64,000 nt of DNA from positions 14,460 to 78,459 of the forward strand of contig CANQYZ010000004.1 in NCBI GenBank assembly GCA_947628215.1. The letters run 5' to 3'. Origin of the DNA: an uncultured Clostridia bacterium (GTDB taxonomy: Bacteria; Bacillota; Clostridia; TANB77; CAG-508). The stretch's first letter is position 1; every line of letters begins with the position of its first letter. The position numbers and the translations under genes are program-made. Positions 44,661-54,117 of the stretch are shown in pieces. Under the pieces are notes generated by a model. That model searched no databases. It was not told the DNA's origin and saw only the letters and a list, made by a program, of their open reading frames with translations.

Positions 44661-46064
44661 ATGAAGTTTTGGAAGAAGTTATCACTTTTTATAGTAGTTG
44701 GAATTGCAATTGTACTTTCTTTTAGTAGATTTTACATTGTATATAATAATTTTGACTATTCTATAAAAAAAGAAAGTAATCAAAATACAAATAAAAATAT
44801 TTTAGAAAAATATATGCTAGAAAGCTACATTGTAGAGATAATTCAAAATGGAGAAGATGTATCTAATGAAAAGATTATAGATTATTTAAAAAAAGTGTAT
44901 TCATACATAGAAGAAAGTGAAGAAAAAGTAGCTCTGCTTAATGAGAAAAAAGAAATAATATATTCTAATATTCAAAATATTGATACTTCATTTAATTTAA
45001 ATCAAATATTAAATCAAAATACAGATGAGTATAGTATAAAAAATATTAATGGAAAACCATATATGATATTTGTGTCTAATATGTCTATAAATAATAAAAA
45101 TCTATATCTTATAAATACATATAACATAGAAAATCTTTATAAAGAAAGAGATAGACAGCTTAAAAGTATTTTATATTCAGATATTATAATCATAATATTT
45201 TCTGCTATTTTTGTATGTTTATTTTCAATTATACTTACAAGGCCTATAAATAATTTAAATAAGATTAGTAAAAAAATAGCAAATGGTAAGTTCGATGAAA
45301 GACTAAAAATAGAATCAAATGATGAAATTGGAAGTTTAGCTGTAAGCTTTAATCAAATGGCAGATGAGATTGAAAATAAAATAAATGAACTTAAAATGAA
45401 AGTAAAAGAAAAAGATGATTTTATAAATGGATTTGCTCATGAATTAAAAACACCAATGACAGCGATGGTAGGATATGCAGACATATTAAGACTTAAAAAA
45501 TGTGATGAAGATACATATAGAAAAGCAGTAGAATATATATACCAAGAAACAAAAAGACTTGAAGTCTTATCACATAAACTTATGAAACTTATGTCTTTAA
45601 GCGAAGAAAAAATTGTATTTAAAGAAATAGATGTTAATACATTAATTCAAAAAGTACTTAAAATAGAAGAAAATGTAGTAAAAAATAAAGTTGAGGTAGA
45701 TGTTAAAGGTGGCACGATTTTAGGAGATATAGAATTATTAGAAGCAGTTTTAAGAAATTTAATAGAAAATAGTGATAATTCTATGCCAAAGGATAAAAAA
45801 ATTATTATAAAAGGACGAGCCTTAAAATCTAAAAAATACTTATTTTCTGTAATAGATAGAGGAAAAGGAATACCAAAAGAACATTTAAACAGAGTAAAAG
45901 AAGATTTTTATATGGTAGATAAATCTAGAAGTAGAAAAATGGGAAGTAGTGGAATTGGTTTATCATTAGTAGAAAAAATATTAAATCTTCATAATAGTAA
46001 ACTTAAAATAAAAAGCAAAGAAAATGTAGGAACAATTGCATATTTTGTAATAAAGGAGGTATAA
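44661..46064 (+). CDS. Sensor histidine kinase (HAMP-HisKA-HATPase).
   Basis: TM helices. HAMP region. H-box FAHELKTPMT. Downstream G-boxes. Confidence 0.85.
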   Translation: MKFWKKLSLFIVVGIAIVLSFSRFYIVYNNFDYSIKKESNQNTNKNILEKYMLESYIVEIIQNGEDVSNEKIIDYLKKVYSYIEESEEKVALLNEKKEIIYSNIQNIDTSFNLNQILNQNTDEYSIKNINGKPYMIFVSNMSINNKNLYLINTYNIENLYKERDRQLKSILYSDIIIIIFSAIFVCLFSIILTRPINNLNKISKKIANGKFDERLKIESNDEIGSLAVSFNQMADEIENKINELKMKVKEKDDFINGFAHELKTPMTAMVGYADILRLKKCDEDTYRKAVEYIYQETKRLEVLSHKLMKLMSLSEEKIVFKEIDVNTLIQKVLKIEENVVKNKVEVDVKGGTILGDIELLEAVLRNLIENSDNSMPKDKKIIIKGRALKSKKYLFSVIDRGKGIPKEHLNRVKEDFYMVDKSRSRKMGSSGIGLSLVEKILNLHNSKLKIKSKENVGTIAYFVIKEV

Positions 46065-46066
46065 AA

Positions 46067-46828
46067 TTGAAACTAAAGAATATTATTATATATTTTTGCG
46101 TATTTATTATAATTTTTATCTCCTTTAGCATGCCAAGTTTTGGACTAAAATTAGTAGGAGAGAAAATAGAAAATACAGTATTTAAAAAAGAAAAAATAGA
46201 AAAGAAAATAGATATAGAAGCAAACAGAATTTATCTTGCAGAAGCAATTCATAATATTGAAAGTGAAAATAGTTCTATTGCAATAAGCTCATCTAATAAA
46301 TCTTGGACTTTGTCAGATGATGTAACAGAATATTATAGCGAAAGTAATGATAAAACTTCAAATAATCTATTTAAAATAGCAAAAGAAGAATTACTTAAAC
46401 TTACAGAATATAATATACTAAAAGAATACAAATTAAAAGAAAATGAAAAATGTGATCTTACTTTAATTACTAAAATATATAAATCTTCTTCTGAGAAAAA
46501 TACCATAAATAATATATTTTTAAATACTAAATCAGAACTTTATAATATTGATATAGAAGAAAAAACTGGTAAAATATTGTTTATAAATTTTGCAAAAGAA
46601 GAACTAAAAGATATATCAAAAGAAGAAATATTAAGAAATTACGTAAAATACTTAGATTTATATATAATAGATGACTGGAAGTATGAAGAAAATAAATTAA
46701 AATCAGAAAAAGCTGGACTTGTAGTATCTATTACAGAAAAAAAGACTAGATATATGCTTGAAATTCATAGTAGTGAAAAAAGCTCTAATAATTCAATATA
46801 TAATTACAATAATTTAGATACAAATTAG
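46067..46828 (+). CDS. Secreted hypothetical protein encoded beside the two-component pair.
   Basis: TTG start after aaggagg. Signal peptide. Confidence 0.45.
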   Translation: MKLKNIIIYFCVFIIIFISFSMPSFGLKLVGEKIENTVFKKEKIEKKIDIEANRIYLAEAIHNIESENSSIAISSSNKSWTLSDDVTEYYSESNDKTSNNLFKIAKEELLKLTEYNILKEYKLKENEKCDLTLITKIYKSSSEKNTINNIFLNTKSELYNIDIEEKTGKILFINFAKEELKDISKEEILRNYVKYLDLYIIDDWKYEENKLKSEKAGLVVSITEKKTRYMLEIHSSEKSSNNSIYNYNNLDTN

Positions 46829-46932
46829 ATAAAAAAATTATACAAAACATATACAAATTTAGTACATGTTAGAAACATCCTTATACTAAAAAAATAGCAT
46901 AAGGAATTTTTTTGTTTTTAGGAGGAAAAGTA

Positions 46933-47631
46933 ATGGAATTTATAGCAAATGAAGGAAAAAATGTGGAAATCGTAGCTAAAAATGAGACTTATTTAAGACA
47001 TGCAATTAAGACTAAATTTGTAACTACAGAAGATGATTACATTGAAATTATGAAAGAATATGTATCTAAAATTTATGAAGAAGGAGATATTGTTTCTATT
47101 AGTGAAAAGATTATAAGCATATGTCAAAATAGAATAGTTAAACGTGAAGATATACATATAGGAAACTTAGCTAAGCTTTTATCTTTTTTTGCAAATAGAA
47201 AAAATAGAGGTGGATATGGAGTCGGAATGCCTATTAACATGCAATATGCAATAAATAAAGTTGGTCCTTTAAGAGTTATTTTTGCAAGTATTATTTCTGG
47301 AATTACTAAAATATTTGGAATAAAAGGAGTCTTTTATAAAATAGTTGGAAGAGAAGTAAGTGGGCTTGATGGATTTTATGACGGTGCTTGGGATGAATAC
47401 AGAGATATTGGAATTGAAATTCCAAAAGATTCTAATAAAGTTTGTAATGATATAAAAAATAAGCTTGGTATTAGTTGTATGATAGTAGATTCAAATGATT
47501 TTGGACAAGTTATACTTGGAAAATCAGATGATATAAAATTAAATGATAAAATATTAAAAGGATTAATAAAAGATAATCCAGCAGGACAAGGAAAGCAGCA
47601 AACTCCTATTATTTTAATTAGAAAAAAATAA
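46933..47631 (+). CDS. CofE-like (F420-0:gamma-glutamyl ligase fold) domain protein.
   Basis: RBS aggagg precedes ATG 46933. GGYGVGMP and DSNDFG-like motifs suggestive of the PF01996 fold. Confidence 0.4.
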   Translation: MEFIANEGKNVEIVAKNETYLRHAIKTKFVTTEDDYIEIMKEYVSKIYEEGDIVSISEKIISICQNRIVKREDIHIGNLAKLLSFFANRKNRGGYGVGMPINMQYAINKVGPLRVIFASIISGITKIFGIKGVFYKIVGREVSGLDGFYDGAWDEYRDIGIEIPKDSNKVCNDIKNKLGISCMIVDSNDFGQVILGKSDDIKLNDKILKGLIKDNPAGQGKQQTPIILIRKK

Positions 47632-47732
47632 ATTATAATTTTATATTTTACTTAAAATCTATTGAAAAAAATATTTAAAAGTATGATATAATTCATCTGT
47701 AATTTAAATAAAAAGTATAATAGGAGAAAAAA

Positions 47733-48308
47733 GTGAAAGAAATAGTAGTTGCTTCTGGAAATAAAGGAAAAATAGAAGAAGTAAAAGAGATTTTAAAAGA
47801 TTTTAAAGTAGTTTCTATAAAAGAACTTAATATAGATGTAGATGTAGAAGAGGATAAAGATACTTTTGAAGAAAATGCTATAAAAAAGGCTGAGACAATT
47901 TCTAGTATGTTAGACCGAGATAAAATGTGCTTAGCAGATGATTCTGGAATTGAAATAGAATATTTAGATGGATTTCCTGGGGTATATACAAAAAGATGGT
48001 TTAAAGGAACAGATAGAGAAAGAAATCTAGAAATTATTAAAAAGCTAGATGGCGTTCCAAAAGAAAATAGAAAAATTACATTTTCTACTGCAATTGCAGT
48101 ATCAGACGGTATAAATACAATTTGCGAAGTAGGAACAATAGAAGGATATGTAGCTATGAATCTTAGAGGAGAAAATGGCTTTGGATTTGATGAGATATTT
48201 GAGCTAAAAAATGGTAAAACTTTAGCAGAACTATCAGCAGAAGAAAAAAATGACATTAGTGCTAGAAAGATAGCTTTAGAAAAAGTAAGAGATAAACTAA
48301 AGAAATAA
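47733..48308 (+). CDS. rdgB: Non-canonical purine NTP pyrophosphatase (RdgB/Ham1).
   Basis: GTG start. VVASGNKGKIEE and FDGFPGVYTKRW motifs. Confidence 0.85.
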   Translation: MKEIVVASGNKGKIEEVKEILKDFKVVSIKELNIDVDVEEDKDTFEENAIKKAETISSMLDRDKMCLADDSGIEIEYLDGFPGVYTKRWFKGTDRERNLEIIKKLDGVPKENRKITFSTAIAVSDGINTICEVGTIEGYVAMNLRGENGFGFDEIFELKNGKTLAELSAEEKNDISARKIALEKVRDKLKK

Positions 48309-48329
48309 GATAAGAAGTAGGATAGAAAA

Positions 48330-48851
48330 ATGATTTTTAGTATACTTGCATTTATTGCATTAGTTATAAGTATTTGTATAAAAAATAGAAAAATATCTTT
48401 AAGAGTACAATCTTTAAATTGTATTTTTGAAGCATTATATGCATATACAATTGGAGCTTTTACAGGAGCTTTTTTAGGATTATTTAATTTTATAAGAAGT
48501 TCTATATTTATATATAGTGAAAAGATAAATAAAAAATTATATGTTTTTTTATTATTTATTTTTGAGGCTGTAATTATTGCAAATTGTATATATACTTGGA
48601 ATGGAGCAATTTCTATCTTTCCAAGTGTAGGATCTATAATTAGAACTTATTGTTTATGGCAAAAAGATATGAAGAAAGTAAGAATTTCTGGAGTAACAAC
48701 AGCAATATTTTATGGAATATATTATATTTATTATCAAAGTCTATTTTTAGTTTTAGGATATTTAGTTTTACTTCTAGTAAGTATGTTTAGCATATATGAA
48801 AATGATATGAAAAGCAAAGTTAAAATAGAAAAGAAAATGGTAAATTGTTAA
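48330..48851 (+). CDS. Polytopic membrane hypothetical protein.
   Basis: Five or six hydrophobic helices. Confidence 0.45.
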   Translation: MIFSILAFIALVISICIKNRKISLRVQSLNCIFEALYAYTIGAFTGAFLGLFNFIRSSIFIYSEKINKKLYVFLLFIFEAVIIANCIYTWNGAISIFPSVGSIIRTYCLWQKDMKKVRISGVTTAIFYGIYYIYYQSLFLVLGYLVLLLVSMFSIYENDMKSKVKIEKKMVNC

Positions 48852-48902
48852 AATAGGAAAAGTGTGATATAAAAAATATATATTTTAAATTGGAGAAAGC
48901 TT

Positions 48903-49446
48903 ATGGAAGAATATTTTGACGTTTTAGATGAAAAAGGAAATTATTTAGGAAGAAAAGAAACAAGAGAAGTCTGCCATAAAAATGGACTTTGGCATAGAGC
49001 TGTAGCACTTTTTATAATAAACTCTAAAGGAGAAGTCTTACTTCAAAAAAGAAGTAATTTAAAAAAGATGTGGCCAGGACTTTTAGATATAACAGCAGGA
49101 GGACATGTACTTTCTCGGAGAATTTGGTTTTGAAGCAGTAATTAGAGAAACTTATGAAGAACTTGGAATAGATGTAAATAAAAATGAGATAACATGTATT
49201 GGTTCTTCTATTTCAAGCCAAGTAAAAGGTGATATTAAAAATAATCATTTTAATGAGTATTATATCGTAAATAAAGATGTGGATATAAAAAGTCTTAAGC
49301 TTCAAGAAGATGAAGTTCAAGATGTGTTATGGATTGATAAAGCTGATATAACAAGCAAAGTAAAAAATAATTATGATGGAATTACAGATAAAGAAGGATG
49401 CTGGGAATTTTTATTAAAATATTATGAATGGTTAAATAAAAAGTAA
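48903..49446 (+). CDS. Nudix hydrolase. +1 junction at in-frame CGG 49116..49118.
   Basis: Skipping the C reconstitutes the Nudix box GHVLS-G-EFGFEAVIRETYEELGI, joining ORFs 48903..49133 and 49105..49446. Confidence 0.75.
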
Positions 49447-49449
49447 AAA

Positions 49450-49797
49450 ATGAATAGACAAGATATTATAGATTATTGTTTAAGTTTAAAAGAAACATTT
49501 ATAGATTATCCTTTTAGCGAAGATTTTGATTCTGCTGCTATGAAACATACTAAAAATAAAAAATGGTTTGCTTTAATTATGAATGTAAAAGGAAAATTAT
49601 ATGTAAATGTGAAAACAGATCCAGCATATTCTGATATAGTAAGAAATGCTTATAGCTATGTAATTCCAGCATATCATATGAATAAAGAACATTGGAATAC
49701 TATAATAATAGAAAAAGATACTGATGAAGGTATAGTAAAAGATTTAATAAATCAAAGCTATGAACTTACTAAACCAAACTTAAGAGGAAAAAAATGA
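49450..49797 (+). CDS. MmcQ/YjbR-family protein.
   Basis: IIDYCLSLKETFIDYPF...KWFALI pattern. Confidence 0.55.
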   Translation: MNRQDIIDYCLSLKETFIDYPFSEDFDSAAMKHTKNKKWFALIMNVKGKLYVNVKTDPAYSDIVRNAYSYVIPAYHMNKEHWNTIIIEKDTDEGIVKDLINQSYELTKPNLRGKK

Positions 49798-50189
49798 AAG
49801 TAATTACAATAAAACAACCTTATGCAAGTTTAATTGCAAAAGGATATAAAGAATATGAATTTAGAACTTGGAAAACAAATTATAGAGGAGATATTTTAAT
49901 CCATGCTGGAAAAGGAGTGGATAAAGAGGCTCTAAAAAGATTTGAAAATTTAAATCTTGATTATCCATCAGGATGTATTATTGCAAAGGCAAAGATTACA
50001 GATTGCATATATGTTGATGATGATTTTAAAAAGAAAGTTGTTCCAAAAAATCCAGAAGTCTATAGAGGAATTGCTACTAAAACTGACTGGGAAGGATATG
50101 GTTTTAAATTAGAAGATGTAGAAGAAGTAGAAAATGTAAAAGTAAATGGTAAGCTTGGACTTTGGAACTTAGAAATAAATATAAAATAA
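49794..50189 (+). CDS. ASCH-domain protein.
   Basis: MKVITIKQPYASLIAKGYKEYEFRTW signature. ATGA overlap with the upstream gene. Confidence 0.6.
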   Translation: MKVITIKQPYASLIAKGYKEYEFRTWKTNYRGDILIHAGKGVDKEALKRFENLNLDYPSGCIIAKAKITDCIYVDDDFKKKVVPKNPEVYRGIATKTDWEGYGFKLEDVEEVENVKVNGKLGLWNLEINIK

Positions 50190-51286
50190 GGAGTAATGTA
50201 TTGGATAACGTTTTAATAGAAAAGCAGAATAGAATAAAAAATGAAGAAAAAACTGAAAGAATTTTAAAATGGGATAATCTAAAATTTTTACTAATATTTT
50301 TAGTAGTTTTAGGTCATATTTTAGAGATATATTTAAGTAATGGAACTAAATCATGGGGAATAAAAAGACTAAGATTTTTTATTTATACTTTCCATATGCC
50401 ATTATTCTTGTTTATATCAGGAATGTTTAGTAAGAAAAATATTGATAATAAAAGGTATAGAAATATTTTTTATTATTTAGTTATGTATTTTGTATTAAAA
50501 TTTATATCATTCATATCAAATAGTATAATTTTTAAAAATTATAGTTTTTCTTTACTAGATACAGGTGGAGTTCCTTGGTACTTCTTTGTTTTATTTGCTT
50601 TTTCTTTAATAACGATTTTGGTAAGAAAAACTAATAAAATATTTGTATTTATGTTTTCAATTATTCTTGGATGCATTATTGGATATGATGGAGAGATTGG
50701 AGATTTCCTATGTTTATCAAGAATAATTGTATATTACCCATTCTTTTATTTAGGATATTGTTTAAAGTCTGAAAAAGTAATAGAATTTACTTCAAAAAAG
50801 ATAGTAAAACTATTGTCTTTACTTATTATTATAGCTTTTGCATATATTATATATACAAAAATAAAGCTTTTATATGAATTTAGTCCATTATTATCAGGAA
50901 GAAATCCATATGACTCACTTAAAGAATTTGCAAATTATGGCGGTCTAGCTAGACTTATTCAATATATAGCTGTTTTTATTTTAGGATTTTCAATTATTTC
51001 GGTTATTCCATCTGGAAATAAAATTACATGTTTTGCAACACTTGGAAAAAGAAGTATTCAGACATATGTATTACATTATCCAATTCTTAATGTATTATTT
51101 TTTGGAGTATTTAATCCAAATGTATATCTTAGACAAATACTTCCAATGCATCCAAAGTTACTTATTATACCAATAGCATTTTTAATAACAGTAATTTGTT
51201 CATTAAAAATATTTGAAAAACCTTTTAAAATAATAAAAGATTGTGTAACAATAGAACATGATAAAATTAAACAAATAGAAAGCTAA
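50162..51286 (+). CDS. Acyltransferase family 3 (OatA-like) membrane protein. The true start may be TTG 50201, which has RBS aaggag.
   Basis: RILKWDNLKFLLIFLVVLGHILE motif plus about 10 TM helices. Confidence 0.6.
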   Translation: MELRNKYKIRSNVLDNVLIEKQNRIKNEEKTERILKWDNLKFLLIFLVVLGHILEIYLSNGTKSWGIKRLRFFIYTFHMPLFLFISGMFSKKNIDNKRYRNIFYYLVMYFVLKFISFISNSIIFKNYSFSLLDTGGVPWYFFVLFAFSLITILVRKTNKIFVFMFSIILGCIIGYDGEIGDFLCLSRIIVYYPFFYLGYCLKSEKVIEFTSKKIVKLLSLLIIIAFAYIIYTKIKLLYEFSPLLSGRNPYDSLKEFANYGGLARLIQYIAVFILGFSIISVIPSGNKITCFATLGKRSIQTYVLHYPILNVLFFGVFNPNVYLRQILPMHPKLLIIPIAFLITVICSLKIFEKPFKIIKDCVTIEHDKIKQIES

Positions 51287-51311
51287 TAAATTTTTTAAAG
51301 AGGAATAAAAA

Positions 51312-51629
51312 ATGGATAATAAATATTGTATAGTATCTACTATATGCAATAAAAAAGAAGTTGCAAGAAAAATAGTAGACACACTTTTAGAAAAAAAGCT
51401 TGCAGCATCTTGTCATACATCAAATATAAATAGTAAATACTGGTGGAATGGGAAAATAGAAGAGGAGACAGAAATATTAATTGATATAAGAACAAAGAAA
51501 GAGTTATTTAAAGAAATAGAAAAAGAAATACTAAAAATACATGATTATGATACAGCTGAGATTACCTTAATAAATATTGATGATGGTAATGAAAAATTCT
51601 TTAAATGGATAGATGAAGTTACAAAATAA
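51312..51629 (+). CDS. cutA: Divalent-cation tolerance protein CutA.
   Basis: 105 aa. CIVSTICNKKEVARKI...AASCH pattern. Confidence 0.7.
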   Translation: MDNKYCIVSTICNKKEVARKIVDTLLEKKLAASCHTSNINSKYWWNGKIEEETEILIDIRTKKELFKEIEKEILKIHDYDTAEITLINIDDGNEKFFKWIDEVTK

Positions 51630-51854
51630 AGGAAATTTATGAGTGGAATTATTATAGAAGGATAGATTTTTATCTAGAGGAAATAGCAGGGAATATGTTG
51701 ATATGAAATTAAAAGAGTATGATGAAAAGATAAAAGTCTTTAATAAAAAGAAAGTAGAAAAGATATTTTTAAAAGGAAATGAGTATTTAGAAACATGCCT
51801 TTTAAAGAATAAAAAATATAATTTTAATTTAAAACCATAAGGAGATGAAACAAT

Positions 51855-52253
51855 ATGAAGATTTCTACAAAAGGAAGATATGCTTTAAGAGTAATGGTAG
51901 ATTTAGCTTTAAATGATAATGGGCAATATATTTCTTTAAATGATATTGCTAAAAGACAAGGTATTTCAAATAAATATTTAGAGCAAATAATTGCAATGTT
52001 AAATAAAAAAGGATATTTATTAGCTGCAAGGGGAATTTCTGGGGGATATAAGCTTGCAAAAGAACCAAAAATGTATAAAGTAGGAGATATTTTAAGAGCA
52101 ACAGAAGGAAGCTTAAAGCCTATATATTGCTTAGAAGAAGATAAATCATGTGATAGAAGAGATATTTGCAAAACTCATGATTTTTGGCAGGGCTTAGATG
52201 ATGTAATAAATAACTATGTAGATAGTAAAACTTTAGAAGATTTAATAAAATAA
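51855..52253 (+). CDS. Rrf2-family transcriptional regulator (IscR/CymR-like).
   Basis: N-terminus MKISTKGRYALRVMVDLA. Encoded upstream of a cysteine desulfurase. Confidence 0.85.
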   Translation: MKISTKGRYALRVMVDLALNDNGQYISLNDIAKRQGISNKYLEQIIAMLNKKGYLLAARGISGGYKLAKEPKMYKVGDILRATEGSLKPIYCLEEDKSCDRRDICKTHDFWQGLDDVINNYVDSKTLEDLIK

Positions 52254-52257
52254 AAAA

Positions 52258-52296
52258 ATAGTGGAAACCTAAAATAAAAGGTTTCTTATTTTTTAA
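52258..52296 (+). terminator. Hairpin / attenuator between the Rrf2 gene and nifS.
   Basis: gtggaaacct-aaaataaa-aggtttct followed by a T-run. Confidence 0.4.
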
Positions 52297-52377
52297 TATA
52301 ATGTCCTATTGACATAGTAGGAATTAAGTATTATAATTCCTACTAAAGTGGTATGAAAAAGAAAGGAAATTTTAAAA

Positions 52378-53557
52378 ATGGAAAATGTTTATTTTGATAA
52401 TAGTGCAACAACTAAATTAGATGATGAAGTATTTAAAATTATGCTTCCATATATAAAAGAATCTTATGGTAATCCATCTTCTATATATAAACTTGGAAGA
52501 GAAAACAGAAAAGCTGTAGAAGATGCAAGAGAAAGAGTTGCAAAAGTTTTAAATTGCGATGCAGATGAAATTTATTTTACAGCAGGTGGAAGTGAAAGTG
52601 ATAATACTGCTATAAAAGGAATTGCTAAAGCATATAAAGACAAAGGAAATCATATTATAACATCTAAAATAGAACATCCAGCAGTACTTGAGACTTGCAA
52701 AACATTAGAAAAAGAAGGATTTGAAGTATCTTATATTGGAGTAGATGAAAATGGTATTTTAGATTTAGAAGAACTAAAAAAAGAAATAAGGCCTACTACT
52801 ACTCTTATATCTGTTATGTATGCTAATAATGAAATAGGAACAATTCAACCTATAGAAGAAATAGGAAAAATTGCAAAAGAACATGGAATTGTATTTCATA
52901 CAGATGCTGTACAAGCAGTAGGAAATGTAAGAATAGATGTTAAAGCACAAAATATTGATAGTTTATCACTATCTGCACATAAATTTTATGGACCAAAAGG
53001 TGTAGGTGCATTATATGTTAATAAAAAAGTTAAATTTAATAAATTCGTAGATGGTGGACATCAAGAAAGAAACAAAAGAGCAGGTACTGAAAATGTTTCT
53101 GGAATAGTAGGACTTCGGATATGCGATAGAGCTTGCTTATAAAGATTTAGATAATCATAATAAAAAAATAAAAGAACTTAGAGACTATTATGTATCTAGT
53201 ATACAAGAAAAGATTCCTTATATAAAAATAAATGGAGATATGGAAAAAAGACTTCCAGGAAACAGCAATATATCATTTAGATTTATTGAAGGTGAAGGAT
53301 TACTTTTAAATTTAGACTTAAAAGGAATATGTGCATCAAGTGGAAGTGCTTGTACATCAGGATCACTAGATCCTTCTCATGTACTTCTTGCAATTGGACT
53401 TCCTCATGAAATAGCACATGGTTCACTTAGAATTTCAATTGGAAAATATAATACTAAGGAAGAAGTAGATTACTTAATAGAAAACTTAGTTGAAATAGTA
53501 TCTAGATTAAGAGAAATGTCACCACTTTGGGAAAAATTTATAGAAGGAGGAAAATAA
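52378..53557 (+). CDS. nifS: Cysteine desulfurase (NifS/IscS type). +1 junction at in-frame CGG 53116..53118.
   Basis: PLP-lysine region SLSAHKFYGPKG. Skipping the C gives GIVGL-G-YAIELAYKDL... and joins ORF 53240..53557. Confidence 0.9.
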
Positions 53558-53559
53558 AA

Positions 53560-54000
53560 ATGGATTATTCAGATAAAGTTGTAGAACATTATACAAATCC
53601 AAGAAATGTTGGAAAAATAGAAGATGCATCAGGAGTTGGAGAAGTAGGAAATCCAGTCTGTGGAGATATAATGAAAATGTTTTTAAAAATAGAAAACAAT
53701 ATTATAGTAGATGTAAAATTTAAAACATTTGGATGTGGAGCTGCAATTGCAAGTAGTAGTATATCTACAGAACTTATAAAAGGAAAAACTATAGAAGAAG
53801 CTTTAAAGCTTAAAAACAGTGATGTTGTAAAAGCTTTAGATGGACTTCCACCAGTAAAACTTCATTGCTCAGTTTTAGCAGAAGAAGCAATTCATGAAGC
53901 TATAGCAGATTATTATAGAAAAGAAGGAAAAATGACAGAAGAAGAGATAAAAGAAAAATGTAGTTTAAAAGAACATAGCTGTGAACATTGCGAAGGATAG
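53560..54000 (+). CDS. nifU: Fe-S cluster assembly scaffold NifU/IscU.
   Basis: N-terminus MDYSDKVVEHYTNPRNVG...GNPVCGD...LHC. RBS aaggagg. Confidence 0.9.
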   Translation: MDYSDKVVEHYTNPRNVGKIEDASGVGEVGNPVCGDIMKMFLKIENNIIVDVKFKTFGCGAAIASSSISTELIKGKTIEEALKLKNSDVVKALDGLPPVKLHCSVLAEEAIHEAIADYYRKEGKMTEEEIKEKCSLKEHSCEHCEG

Positions 54001-54117
54001 AAAGTAAAAAATAAATTAATAATCATTGACTTTTAAAAATCATCATAATAAACTAATACCAAAAGTAGGAAGTTTGTTATGGCGATTTTTTTTCTTAATA
54101 ATTTAAGGAGGATGATT

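Noticed and set aside
47693-48256. 187-aa minus-strand ORF overlapping rdgB.
   Set aside because: Antisense shadow ORF of a well-supported gene, with a low-complexity Ser/Phe-rich translation.
50999-51001. Other tcgg/acgg/ccgg strings in the core genes, for example 5724, 19995, 36891, 38007, 50999 and 28166.
   Set aside because: In each, the CGG spans two codons (for example ttc-gga, gtc-gga, tcg-gtt) of a long uninterrupted ORF. They are natural and not junctions.
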